Source: Azolla caroliniana
Lineage: Eukaryota > Plantae > Polypodiophyta
NCBI GenBank assembly: GCA_043228905.1
Contig: JBHGNT010000004.1
Coordinates: forward strand, 22,320,001 to 22,384,000
DNA length: 64,000 nucleotides
Direction of reading: 5' to 3'
Part shown: one piece after another, positions 1-13,355 of the stretch
Numbering within the stretch: position 1 is the first letter of the stretch
How the letters are laid out: each line of letters begins with the position of its first letter
Position numbers and translations under genes: made by a program
The notes under the pieces: generated by a model
Seen by the model: only the letters and a program-made list of their open reading frames with translations
Told to the model about the DNA's origin: nothing
The model's database searches: none

Positions 1-500
1 ATGACCTCTTCCACTCATGGTTGGAGTACTCGCCACCCCTTGAGATCAACAACTGGTTTCATATTGTTGATCCATTATGGGTACAACTAGCAAAGCAAAG
101 TGATAAGGTAGAAAACATACTCACTTGGGTTCCTGAACGGGAATATGTCTTCATTCCAATATTGCACTCAGGGCATTGGGTGCTTTGGATGAAGATGTGG
201 CAGACTCCTACATGTCTCGATGCCAAGAAGGTGAGGAGCCCAATTGTTTTTTGTGATCCGCTGAATAATCATCCAACTGCCAACATGAAGACATTGGGTG
301 ATTTGGTTGTACGACATATCTCTAGCGCCACGCACGACCATTGCATCATCAGCAACAAACGGTTCCATGTATTGCATATCCCGACCCAACCTAATGGAAC
401 GGATTGTGGGTATTACGTGATGCAAACGATTCAGATGTTGGTTGAGGAGTTCATTCAAGGATTTGAGTCTAATGATTTTGTAAGTATCCCTTACGATTGA
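1..500 (+). CDS. Ulp1-like (peptidase C48) SUMO-protease domain exon, 5'-partial, probably transposon-borne
   Basis: The frame is open from the window edge. It has C48 motifs with catalytic residues: YVFIPI-HSGHW (His), IVFCDPL (Asp), PTQPNGTDCGYYV (Gln/Cys). Possible splice donor GTAAGT at 480. Confidence 0.65.
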   Translation, partial: DLFHSWLEYSPPLEINNWFHIVDPLWVQLAKQSDKVENILTWVPEREYVFIPILHSGHWVLWMKMWQTPTCLDAKKVRSPIVFCDPLNNHPTANMKTLGDLVVRHISSATHDHCIISNKRFHVLHIPTQPNGTDCGYYVMQTIQMLVEEFIQGFESNDFVSIPYD

Positions 501-1819
501 ATATGAGCATTTGTTTTTGTAAGGGCTTAGGGTTGATGGCATCTTGTGGTGTAGGGTAAGGAGCAATGGTTTGGATTCGAAGACATGGAACTCCTTCGGA
601 AAATCATGGCAAAATGGGCATGAAGAACTCTGACCTTAGGGTTATTTTAATCATTTGGAGTTGTACTTTGTAACATCAAATATATCGTTGATTTTGATGT
701 GTAACTATCTAATGCGGTTGCCAGCCTTTTTTGTATATTTTGGAACCAAGGCGGCCAACCTTTTCTATATATTCTTGGCCATATCAATATGGTTAATTTT
801 GTAATATCAAATCAATATTTGAATCTCATTTTGGTTGTATATGATTCAATGTGGAGTGCCATGACTTGAGGAGTTTGAGATAATGTATTAAGCCTTCTAT
901 TTTTGAAGCTTTTAAATTCATACGTATATAAACTGTGTATGCAATGCTTTAGTAAAAGCATGTTTCTTGGTTGGGGGTCTTCTTAGATGAGCTTTTTTAT
1001 CAATTTATGATATTAACGTGGGGGAGCAGATGCTCTCCTAGTGCTGAAATCATTCTCAAGGAGCTGAAATCATGCTCTACTAGTGTTGCATACACCCTAG
1101 TAAGTCAATAATCAAGAAGATAGGCTCCGTGAACACTGAATGAAGGTACACAAAGTAATCTACAATAATGTTATATGGGGAGTTGAAGATTATGTTCGAA
1201 ATCCTCAAAAATCAAGTCACATTAGAAACTTGCTTGAGAGTTATATTCGCAAGGGTGCCCACGGTTTGGCCAAACAATAGACATCTCACAATAACTTATT
1301 GGCAGCTCCCAAAACACTTCCAAATCCCACACTGGAAAACTACAAAGAGGTGCAAGTCGGGCTAGGAGGCAATTGCCAATATGTGACCATGAGAAGGTTT
1401 GGTGTTTGCGTTGCCATGGCTCGGCCTTGACTTAAAGAAACTCGATTGTTACATGTTGTAAAAATTGTGGTTGCATTTTGCCATCATCCGGACATGAGCC
1501 ACAATTGTTATATGTAATGTGTGTATTCATATTTCCTTTTAGGGTTCCAAGGCTTGGCTTATTCCCATTATCAATATTTGACGTTCTAATATTTTATGTA
1601 TGACTTTTTATTTGAATCTTTAGGTTGATTTGTTATTTGAAGCTTGGAGATATAAGTTTGTGGGATTTTTTAGTTTTAAATTTTAGGTTTTGAGAGCAAT
1701 TGGAAGTTTAGGTTTTTTTGAGTAATTTAATGTATCATTTTCATGGCAAATATTTGTTGTACACTTACAATTTTTTGGAGTTTTTGATGTTTGTTTCTAA
1801 GTCGGGCTCCTGCCTTGAG

Positions 1820-2095
1820 TCGGTCAAGCTCCTAGTGATAGAGGTTGGCAGACACCGGGGCTCCTTTTGACAGAGTTGGGTTCCTGGTGACGGAGGTTGT
1901 CAGGCAACGGGGCTCCTTTTGACAGAGTCGGGCTCCTAGTTACAGAGGTTGTCAGGCAGTAGGGCTTCTTGTGACAGAGTCAGGTTCCTGGTGACAGAGG
2001 TTGTCTGACAACGGGGCTCCATGTGATAGAGTTGAGCTCCTGGTTACAGAGGTTGTCAGAGAGTCAGGCTCCTTGTGACAGAGTCAAGCTACTGG
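1820..2095. repeat. 52-bp tandem repeat, about 5 copies
   Basis: GA(C/T)AGAG unit starts at 1869, 1921, 1973, 2025 and 2077 (period 52), with a partial unit before. Confidence 0.9.
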
Positions 2096-2233
2096 TGCCA
2101 GATGTTGGTAGCTTTTTATCCACATTGGACGGTGGAGATCGAACATGCCATCATCACTACGACCTGCACCATCCGCGTCGCGATTCCCTCACTTGCCCTC
2201 TTTAAATTTTTGGTAGTAGTTAGTCATGAGCAT

Positions 2234-2345
2234 ATGTATGTATGTATGTATGAATGTATGTATGAATGTATGTATGTACGTATGCAAGCAGGCAGGCATG
2301 ATGTATGTATGTATGTATGTATGTATGTATGTATGTATGTATGTA
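2234..2345. repeat. (TATG)n microsatellite
   Basis: Directly visible TATG/ATGT runs. Confidence 0.95.
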
Positions 2346-5300
2346 TTAGAGACGTAATCATCTTAAATGGAGAGAGAACCCAACCCAAACAGGTTTCATT
2401 CGAGAAAGAAGTATCTTCGATAATGTATATACATTTTGGGGAATCTGGTGCACTGGCACCTAAAAAAACCATCACTTAGTCTTGATAGATCAATCAGGAA
2501 TGTTGGGCCCAAAAAGAAGTTATGAAAAACTTGAGATACTCGCATACTAGTTCGAACAACCTAAATTGAATTATCTAAGGGTAGAACCAACAAATCGAGC
2601 CTAGCTAAGATTTAATTCTGAATATTTTGACCCAAGTTTAGGGATTAGGTGAAATTAGTCTTACCTAATAACGATTTCACAATCGCCCCTAGCTTACAAT
2701 TGAAGCCAAATATGTCATATCTCAATTTTCTAGATTGGCCTATGTTAGGAGCAGTTTGGCCTTCGAAATGAGAAGTGGCAGAGAGAATGAAAAGGGAGAG
2801 ATCGAGAGAGAGCAAACAATGAGCCTACTAACCTTCTCAAGGCAAACGTTGTAGTTGTTGCTACTCAGTTACACGTCAGACCTCGTCCTCTAGACTTACA
2901 TGCAATTGGTTTGACTTAGGCTCAACCATGGTCCCCAATTACCCTTTCACTCACTTGACCCCACACACACACTCCTAAGGGAACATTATGTTCTTAAAAT
3001 ACTTTCCCAATTTAATAAAAATATATATTCTTAAATTGCCCTTCCCCCTATTTCACTTATTATTTTGCACATGTGCGTGCGTGCACACACACAACATACA
3101 TACATATATCACTTATTTGTTTGCGCGCACGTGCACGCACACACACATATGCACAACATATATTGCATGCATATATTCATCCATACTCAAACAATTTTAC
3201 AATTACACATGTGACATACACATAGACTGAAGTAATTAAGCTAAACATATACAAACCCCCCCTACACCCATATACACATCGTATACATGCACATTAAAAT
3301 ACATACACATACAAATGTCCATGTAAAAGACTCGGAACAAAAACCACACTTGCAAATTTAACTCTACACACATTACACGTCGAGGTGCAAACACATTTTG
3401 CCAAATACATGCATCATATTTTACGCATATAGAATGCACGTCAACAGGTGCACCCAATGTATTGAAGGGCAGAAATCATCACGGTCATGCTCACGTGAGC
3501 ATTTATATGCTTAACTTTGGTTAGGTTGTCATCTAATTCATATCCCTAGTTTAGGATACTAATGGTCCTCCTCAGTGCCCTTCTCGTGGATTCTCGCAAC
3601 AACATGGGACAACTATAATTATGGTTTCTTCTTGCATACAAAATTCACTCATGAGAACCTCCCCAAATATGGGCATAGGGCACCGAGATGGGAGAGATTG
3701 CACATTAAAAGGGTGAGGACATTTGGAGGTGTACTCCAACCTTGACATTCAAGAATCTACTATATAAAAACATTATGGGTAGCTAATAATACTATGATTA
3801 CAAACAACCACAATGGGTAATCTTGCTACTGAGTAAGTTGCCCAATGCCTTGTCTACACCATACAACAATCTATTGACCTACAAAGCCATTGAGAATGTG
3901 TGGAATTACATTGTCAACAAAAAAATATGTTGATGAGGATATTTGATGTTGCCTTCTATAGAGGTTTATTACTTTGATGTTTGAAGAGAGATGCAAGATC
4001 TCATGAACAAGATGCCGAGGCAATGTGTAGTATGTACGTGAATTTGTGTGTGTGTGTGTTAAATGTGATGAGAGAAATGACTGGGTGTTAAATGTGAAAA
4101 AGAAAAAGGTGTAGGAGTGTACTTAGATGTGAAAAGGAATAATTGTCAAGTAGCTTAACAATTTTTGGTACACAAAGGAAGACAACAAAATGATAACAAC
4201 TACTTTGTGAAGAAGTCCATGCCCTTTTAGAATACAAAATCAGGTCAAAATATGGTTTTACACAAGTGATTTCATAACATATGACAATGATTGAAACTTT
4301 GATTTGGATACTTAGATAGGGAATCAAGATATATGAAAGTTAGAACTACATCATGTGTTAAACATTTATATGATTATAATTTATAAGCATGTAGAATGAT
4401 TTTCTAATAAAATATGGGCCATGGCCATATAGAATGTTTCTATTCCTAAAAGGACAGTAAGATACGAATACCAATCATCAATACCTCCATATCAAAGTAG
4501 TAGTATTTTCTTCATAGTAGTGTTGCTAAATCTACTAAGGATTTAAACGCACACATTTCCAAACCCAACATGTTACTTAAGCATGGCCCCAATCACTAGC
4601 AACGCCAAATCTATCCAGTAATGCTTACATGGTTTAAATAAACCACACATTTAAGATTGTACAAGATCTTATATTGATGCACTATAAAAAAAGGTACTTG
4701 TTTGATATAATCACATGGTAGATTGTGCATAAATTCCTCATCCATTTTTGGGAATTTAATCATACGGATATAACATCAATTAAGACATCAACTACTAGAG
4801 AAGCTATTGAGATTCTAATGTTTTGATGTAAAGTTAGGATGAATAATGTCAATTAGTCATTGATGCATAAGAAACCAATGTCTTGTATGAAGCACCTCTT
4901 TCCTACCATGCAACATACATAACATGAGACATATTTGTATATAACACGAGCGAGATACCTCAACGGAGAACTTAAGCCGGGAGCCTATGAAGGTAAAAAT
5001 TAGCATCCAATTACAAAAATAATGATATTATGCTTGCTACCCCAAGGAATTTATGAAAGTGGAACATAGCCATAATTTCATGGCCACACAATACAAAAGT
5101 TTTTTATTTACATCTCACCTCTGTTTTACTAACAAAACATCATTAAAACATTGATAATAGGCTAACTATAACCAAATCCATGCATGCATGCCCAAATAGA
5201 CAACTCCCTCGAGAACAAAATGTGCTTCGAACATAAATATAACACCACTTGGTCACCAACATCAAGATTCAACACAATATGTCACTCCATTAAACATATT

Positions 5301-8300
5301 TTGATCATATAATGAACTTTTAAATATAAGGCATTAAATTGTATGCGAGGAAAAACGCTTTCCAACAAAGTCAATTGTTTTTTTACGGATATTTAAGTGC
5401 TTTACCACAACTTACGGACAAGGATTTTCCATGAATGATTCCCCTTCAAAATCCCCTACTATTTGTGCTTGAATTAGAACGAGTTTGAGAACACATAACA
5501 ATTTGGCTTCCACCCAAAATGAGTTGTTAAATATGGCACATGCATGTATATTTGATTAATTCTCACATTATGCTATAAAAGATAGCCTTGGCTGGTATAT
5601 CCAATTGCTTTTCATGTTTCACATGTATTACTTATGGTTTCAAAACAAGGTAGCATTTAAAGTTGAAACTTATAGCCTTATTGCACACATGTACGTCTCA
5701 TTCACATAGATTTGGCATTCACTAGTCCACCGATGTATATGGAAACTGTCGTGTTCTTAATATTAATGTAGAGCTCTCCCAAAAAATAACTTTATATAAA
5801 GTTAGTGGAACAATATATAGTGTGTGCCTTCTATGTCATGGAATGGTGAACCGTGAGAGTTGAGACATTGTATTTAAACCAACTTTGCAATTATTTTGGA
5901 ACCAGTAGTATGTGAACTAGAGTTTTCTAGTCAAATCGCCCACGAGGGAAAAAAAGCATAATTATCATAACTGGGAAGATCATATATATTAATGAATTAA
6001 ACAACATAATTATAGAGTTTGATATCCCATATGATCTATCAATAGAAAATAAAATCAACGAAGACTCCACATAAGAAGAAAATTATGAAAACAATGTTTG
6101 TGTGAACTTATCCAAACCTAAATACATTTTACCTAATCGATTTTTAGAATTTGAATTCATTTGTGGAGTGTTAATTCTTCAATACAACTTAACGAAGAGC
6201 GATTTACATTTACTAATGTGTCTGAAATGCCTTAAAATAAAAAATCATCACAAGTGATGATTAACTCAAATTGTCGAGCCTAACACAAACACCTAAACTA
6301 GATGTTCATGAACCTACAAACTACCTATTGATAGGCTCTAAACTAGAAGATAATATTTGTTTTAAAAAGATCAAGAAATTATATTGTGATATGTATTGTG
6401 CCACAAATAGTGCAAGAGACAAATAATCAAGAAGTAAGAAATTTGAGAATCGTGTAGATGTAGCCTTCACTTTCTTGCATATCATATGTGGGATGATAAG
6501 GCAATAAGATATTTGAGAACTCCATAACCAACGTAGACCATGGGCTTGTGAGGAGGTGTTTCTAGCAAACATCACCACTCCTCAAAACAATTGACGGTCG
6601 CCAAAAGACCCTTATCATAAATTGAATTATTATTCATTTCGGCCTTGAAATTTTGAGACTTATTGAAAAGCAAAGGAATTTAAGACCAAAACAATAAAGT
6701 CAAGAGGAAAATCTAGATGTAATGGAAATAATTCGTATCATAGGGCTTCTTCTTCCATATGGCCGTTAAATATGTACTACATCCTTCTCAGTGAGGTGTG
6801 TGAAATTAAGAAGGACAATCTTTGAGTAGTCTTGCATAAAGGTCAATAAAATTTGTGTAATGCACAAAATCATCAAATTCCTCATAGTTGGCTTGATTCG
6901 TAGATGTTCCCTACTATAGCAAGTAATGATGCAAATACACAAGAAACTCAACATTACCATGAGTAAATTAATACATCCCTAGCTCGACATGAAATCCACT
7001 CACCCTGCATGTTTCTTGAGAGTTTAAGAATAAAATAGAACATAAGCAAAACAGGTTATAAGTTATAACAAAAAGATAAAAAAACTTTAAAAAATCATCA
7101 TTACCATATGACGAAATTTTGAGTTGGTTCCGAAATTGGAACAATAACAAAACCAGAGCAAAAACATGAGCATGAACGAAAACAAAAGTTGGGGATTAAA
7201 CAATAGCAAGAACAAGTATGTACATGATTGCTCCAAGATAATGTACACATTAGGGTGAATGTGAGTGCAAAGATAATGATCAAAGGCTAAATGGGTCTAT
7301 AGTCAAAAGACTTGATCCAAAGGAGTCCCCAAACTACAATAGTATGTGGACTACAATGACATTGAATGAAATGCTACGAGAGAACTCTCCACAATTGGAA
7401 GGTTAATCTATGATCATTCTAGAGGAAATCTCACAACCACCAATAACGTCAACTTCTCGATGCTCTGACTTGATTTTAAGAATCTTGTGCTTAGAAACAA
7501 ATACACAATCCACAAAGGAAAGTATAAAGTTGTGGACATGAACACTGATAAGTGGAAAAGGAAGTTCTATAATAGAGAATAAGTTGTGCTTTGCAACAAC
7601 CCTTAAATATACACACATAAAAGAAAACAAATTGTGATCACATAAAACCGAACCATATATGTAGATAGTCTTACATCTACGGATTATGCACTATGTTGCA
7701 TATAAATCCAAAGTTGCAAACACTGGCATTGCCTAGATTTCAAGATTAACAATAATTATGCTAGGGATAAGAGGAAGTCCTAAATCAAAATTTTATTAGA
7801 CATACAATAACAAAAAGTTAGGGATAATATTCAATGTGAAGGAGAGCAAGGGCATGAAAAACATGTAGAGAGAAAGGGGGGAGGGGTTCTTGTCGAGGCT
7901 TCTTTAGGGCCATAAGCAAAGGAGAGGAAATTCTTTCTTTGTACGTTACCTTGCTCTTGGGCACACAACATCATCAAGAAGCTCTTTTTTCTTTCTTTCA
8001 GCAACACATATTGTTGGTGGGGAACCTTGATGTGATGCAAAAACTCTTAGAAAAATATACAAAATTTCAGTGCCAAAAACACTAGTGAGCAAAAGTTGAA
8101 ATATTTGTGGAGGGATTTTCGGCAAATTGGAGACAATCATAAAGAGATTTTCTCAAAAGGACTTGAAGAAACAAAAAGCCAATAATAGACGGATGACAAG
8201 AGACCAAATGATCGAGAGTCATTCAAATGCTCCAAAATATGATGTAATGGAAAACAAGTTGCATTGTTCTTTGCTTGTGATTGGGAATGAGGCCAAACAA

Positions 8301-8714
8301 TCAAAAGGGGGCCCTTGATTGCTTTGCACCTTGGATAAACATGAAAAACGGGTTCTAGCCTGTAATTCTCATGACCCAAGGAAATGCAAATAACAAAATA
8401 ATTATACATTTTCGGACATTTGGGAGTGAAGTTGAGAGCTCGTTAAACAAGGTGGCACCAAAGGTAATCCACGACAAGCCAAATTCAATTGACGTTGTAC
8501 ATGTCGATTGGTACAAGTTACAACCCAACAAAGTTGTATGGTGGATTATTGTTTAAGTAAACATGGGGGGTGCCCCTTAGAAATCGTATGGTGGGTGTAA
8601 AAGATTTGTTTTTCTGTTTCTTTGGTTTCAAAAACGTGAACCATATATTTGTTTTGTTTCTAATGGCTCTACTTTTTTCAACACGGTTCGTTTCGGATGA
8701 GAGAAGGCATATAA

Positions 8715-9265
8715 ATTGGCCGTGGCATGTCTTCGGTCCGAATGCACATGAGGCGGCGCCCCTTGCTTTTGTCCGTGATGTGGATGTAGTAGAGGCATAT
8801 CTTGTCCATGATGTGGCATGGGATTAAGCAAACGAGACACACAACCCTTAGCAGCTAGTGCGACGTGGGATGCCATGTCACGTATTGCTTGCCACATAGG
8901 ATTCCACGTCAGTGGCCCGAATGCACATGAGGAGGCACCCCCTTGCTTTTGTCCGTGATGTGGACGCGGTAGAGGCCCATCTTGTCCATGACGTGGCATG
9001 GGATTAAGCTGACGAGGCATGCAGCAGGTGCCACGTGGGATGCCACATCGCGGATTGCCTACCACATAGGAGGCCATGTCAGTGGCTCGAATCCACATGG
9101 GGAGGCACCCCCCTTGCTTTTGTCCGCGATGTGGACGCAGTAGAGGCTCATCTTGTCCATGACGTGGCATGGGATTAAGCTGACAGAGGCGCGCAGCCCT
9201 TAGTGTAGCTTTTACCACGTGGGATGCCACGTCACGGATAGCCTGCCACATGAGGTGCCACGTCG
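8715..9265. repeat. GC-rich ~170-180 bp tandem repeat, 3 copies, rich in ACGT-core motifs
   Basis: CCTTGCTTTTGTCCG...CATCTTGTCCATGA.GTGGCATGGGATTAAGC recurs at 8761, 8941 and 9112. Confidence 0.9.
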
Positions 9266-10148
9266 GTATTGCCGACGGGCGAACCGTCTTCTTCCTCCTC
9301 CTCCTTCCGAACATCAGACTCTGTCGTCCCACAGAGACTCGTTCTTCTTCTTCATCATCATAATCTTCTTCATCATCTGCTTCTTCTTCGCCGCCATCTC
9401 TGCTTCCTGTCGTTCTTTCTTTTGATTCCTGCTGTTATATCTCCGTTTTCCAGCACAGATTTGTAAATAGAAGGTTCTCCGATTCTGATCCGAGTCGGAG
9501 CAATCCTGCATAAGACAATTTTGTAATTTTTGTAAGGAAGGTCTGTAGCGTACGAACTTTGCATCTTCTCTCGCTTCCTTCTGTGTATATCCCGGTCGTC
9601 TTGATGCCAGCCTTTTCCCAGAAGAAAAGCAACCGAATTTTAGGTTTACTTATATAGCAGGGCTCTTCTGCACCGGATTTGACACTATTACTTCATATTA
9701 TCGATTATATACATTTCTGCGATGTTGCTGCTGCCGCAGATATGGTGTGATCAATTCTGTAATATATCTATTACCATGATGAAGATGACGGTTTTTTTGG
9801 TGGCATCCTCCGAGTCTATCTGTGTCGCCTCTTTCTACTGAATTCGTTTTCTGATCCTCTTATTCTATCTGGCGATGGTGGCTCCTCGTCGGATTATTCT
9901 GCACAGAGCAGCAGGAATTCAAGAAAGCTATTAGTGGCCATATTACTGATTAGATTTTGTATATTTTTTTAATGCTGATAAACAAATCCTCTTCCTCTTC
10001 CTCCAATATCACCTCCACTACCGAGAGGTCGAACATTCGAGCAGGGAAGCTCCCCAAATCAGACTCCAGGCGCATATTAGTCACGTTAGATTATCAGTCT
10101 TCGTCTCCAAGTTCCTGCAAATCCTCCAAGGTGAATTCCATTAAACAG

Positions 10149-12240
10149 ATGATGACACGCAGAGGAATCTTGAGTATAGGCGTTGCTATGGATCAAGTGA
10201 TGAGAGCATCACAAAGCAGGCAATGGTGGAAGCCTAAGAACCATACAAATCACAGCAACAGCAGTTACAACAATAGCCGTTATACTGTGAAAGGAGGTAT
10301 TCTGGCCTTCTCTGTGTTTCTGCTTCTTGTCATGGCCATTAAGGCTCAGCTTCGAGGACACTCAGAGCAGAGAAATAGTGGTGGCTTGGGAATGTTGCAG
10401 TTGTTCCTCCCGCCGCCTCTGCATGCCCAGATTCACCTTCTTCTGGTTAATAATCCAAAGCATTTGGACCCCATTTCTGGCCCACATCTATTTGCAGGCG
10501 AGCCTCCCCAAACCTTTCTGGAGCATGGCAAAGATGAAAACTTACTGCCCGAGCTGAAGGAAATTCCCCTTCATGCAGGTAATAAACATTGTGAAGGAAG
10601 GTAAAATGGATCATTAGATTGCTTAGAAGCACTTTGACAAAAATCTGCGTTCTATGGTTCGATCGATTGCCAAGATTGACATGTCCAGGCATTAATCAGA
10701 AAAATGTTTTACCCATATTGGTGTGGTTTTCTTGGCATTTGATTGATTGCCAAGATTACCATATTGGTGTGGTTTTCTTGGCATTTGATCGATTGCCAAG
10801 ATTGACATGTCAGAGGCATTAATCAAGAAAATATTTTAACCATTACCATAGCCTGATCTGTCTCCTCTTATCTTGTGTTGGCAGATGATAGTATCAGAAG
10901 CAGTGATAGCAATCCCCTAGGGTTAAGCAACCCCATGAGAGTTTATGTTTATGATCTTCCCCCTAGTTTCAATGAGGATTGGCTGAACACAAACGAAGAT
11001 GGACATGGACATGGAAACCATCACCGATGCTCGAACCACCTGTTCGCAGCCGAAGTCGCGATCCACAAGCGATTGCTGAGCAGCCCCGTGCGGACATTGA
11101 GGCCGTGGGATGCAGACTTCTTCTTCGTACCCGTGTACGTCTCGTGTAACTTCAACACCTCCACGGGCTTCCCATCATTGGCCCACGCGCGCTCCCTCCT
11201 ACGATCCGCAGTCAAGCTCGTGTCTCGCCAGATGCCCTACTGGAATCGCAGCCGAGGCAAGGACCATGTATTTGTGGCCACGCACGACTACGGGGCATGC
11301 TTCCACACCATGGTATAACTATTTATGTTCATCACAAGTGATGACTCTTACCTACTTTCAACTATGAAATTCAAAATGTTTTTTCTAAATTACCATTGCT
11401 CTTCCTTCCTGTTTTGCAGGAAGATGTAGCCATCACCGCCGGAATTCCGAGCTTCCTTAGGAACTCCATCATTTTGCAGACATTTGGGCAGACAAGCAGC
11501 CATGCTTGCCAACCACACAACCAGAATGTACAGATCCCTCCGTTTGTGCTGCCTTCATCGGTGGATCAAGAGTATCACCCGGAGGAGCAAACCCGGGATA
11601 TCTGGGCCTATTTCCGCGGGAAAATCGAGCTACACCCGAAAAATATCAGTGGCAGGATGTATAGCAGGTGTGTAGATAGATCCTTTGATGGAGTACAGGT
11701 GGGCCTGAATGTTTTGATAAGAGGTTTGTTAGGAATGTAGGGAGATGAACATAGAAACTGAATTTGTGGCCATTTTGTGTTATGAACAGGGGTGTGCGTT
11801 CGATGATCTGGCGGAGGTTCCGACACAATCACCGATTCTTCATCGAGAGGTCACGATCTCCGGACTATCATATGGAGATCAGCCGGTCGGTGTTTTGTTT
11901 GTGCCCTCTAGGATGGGCACCATGGAGTCCTCGCATTGTCGAGGCGGTCATATTCGGATGTGTGCCCGTCATCATCGCAGATGACATTGCACTTCCCTAT
12001 TCACACCTCATAGATTGGCCGCGGATTTCTGTTGGAGTGCCGGAGAAGGATGTGAGTAGGTTGGGCAAAATTTTGGACAAAGTGTCGCGGACCAATTTGA
12101 GCACCATTCAAGAGAACCTGTGGAAGTCGGAGTATAGGAAGGCATTGTTGTACATGGACCCCCTCACAAAGGGTGATGCTACATGGCAAGCCCTAGAATT
12201 GTTGTCTAGAAGGCTTACCCCAAACATGTCAAATGGATAG
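10149..12240 (+). CDS. IRX7: GT47 (exostosin family) glucuronoxylan-biosynthesis glycosyltransferase, IRX7/FRA8/F8H-like, ~518 aa
   Basis: Exons 10149-10578, 10885-11312, 11420-11667 and 11790-12240 are joined by frame-consistent GT-AG introns. N-terminal TM anchor (GGILAFSVFLLLVMA). Motifs RVYVYDLP, RCSNHLFAAEVAIH, ADFFFVPVYVSCNF, DHVFVATHDYGACFHTMED and FCLCPLGWAPWSPR match the FRA8/IRX7 clade. The start ATG could alternatively be 10152 or 10188. Confidence 0.9.
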
Positions 12241-13355
12241 ATGAGATTAATTACTTACTACTAGCTCAACAACCGAATTGATTGATTTGATGACACGAGA
12301 CAAGTAGCTAAGAGCAAAAGAGGACTTATTGAAGTGTCCATTTTCTCATGATGATTCCTAAAAGTTTCCCATTCAAGATGGTTCCAAGTAACTTCATCTA
12401 GCTCTACCTGCCCTCTATCTAGCCTTTCACCTTTCCCGTACCCATTGGAAACTATGTTCTGCCATTGGTTTAAAAACTTGCGACTTACGCCTGTCAACTC
12501 ACTTATGCCCAATTTGAGTACCCGAGAAGCAAATGACTCACCTATAGGGAATGCCACTTATAGGGGGAAGAGATGAAGAACTTAGGCCTAGGAGACACCC
12601 ACAAACACATAGGAAAAGAAAGAGATACGTTCTCCACAACAAATAAGAGGCGGCCTTTATTTAAGGTTCTATGTAGAGTGCCTTCAACATTACTTGGCTT
12701 TGGATATTAAAAAACAAACCCAACATTCGCATCATCAATGTGGTAGCTATTATATAATTTCTCATCATCAATGTGGTAGCCATTATATAATTTCTCGGGG
12801 GTTAACAAGGTTCATTTTTTGAATCAAGCTTACCTTTTTATGGGCTTCCTTGTATCTTGGAAAGTTGTGTGACAAACTTCCTTAGCATATATGTACATGT
12901 TAAATTTGGATGACAATTCTCTAATGTGACACATATCCATTCTCATGTTATGTCTCAACAAGGAACTTGTAAGGAACTCAATTTTAAAGAACAATCATAC
13001 ATATGAAATACATTTATGGAGAGTGTAAGGAACTCAATTGTACAGAACAATCATACATATGAAATACATTTATGGAGAGTGTTACTCTTTTGTAGGATTT
13101 CTCTCAAGTGCTCTCATAAGCGTAAAACACACCTAGGATGGGGCAATATAAACATATAATAGGCTATCATATGTAACCTCAACATTTGAGTTACAATCAC
13201 ATCAACCCACATACATATATACATACACGTACGCATGCACACGTGGATGTACACACACAGACACAGACACATTGTACATGCATATGCATGTGTTAACCAC
13301 ATTTTGAAACAACCTAAGTTATCTAACAATTTAGAAATATTATGAATTTATATTA

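Noticed and set aside
1820-2095. Regular repeats (also 13931-14230 and 59460-59675) as a CRISPR-like array
   Set aside because: Units are contiguous and diverged, with no unique spacers and no cas genes. The context is eukaryotic.
8628-9332. 234-aa minus-strand ORF with NPMPRHGQD repeats
   Set aside because: It is explained by the GC-rich tandem repeat. No recognisable domain, and neighbouring frames are broken.
9957-10148. N-terminal extension of the GT47 ORF
   Set aside because: It starts at a non-ATG codon in the ORF track. Type II membrane topology fits a start at or after 10149.
12261-12557. 98-aa minus-strand ORF right after the IRX7-like stop
   Set aside because: No recognisable motif. 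Probably a TE remnant, but it cannot be supported.
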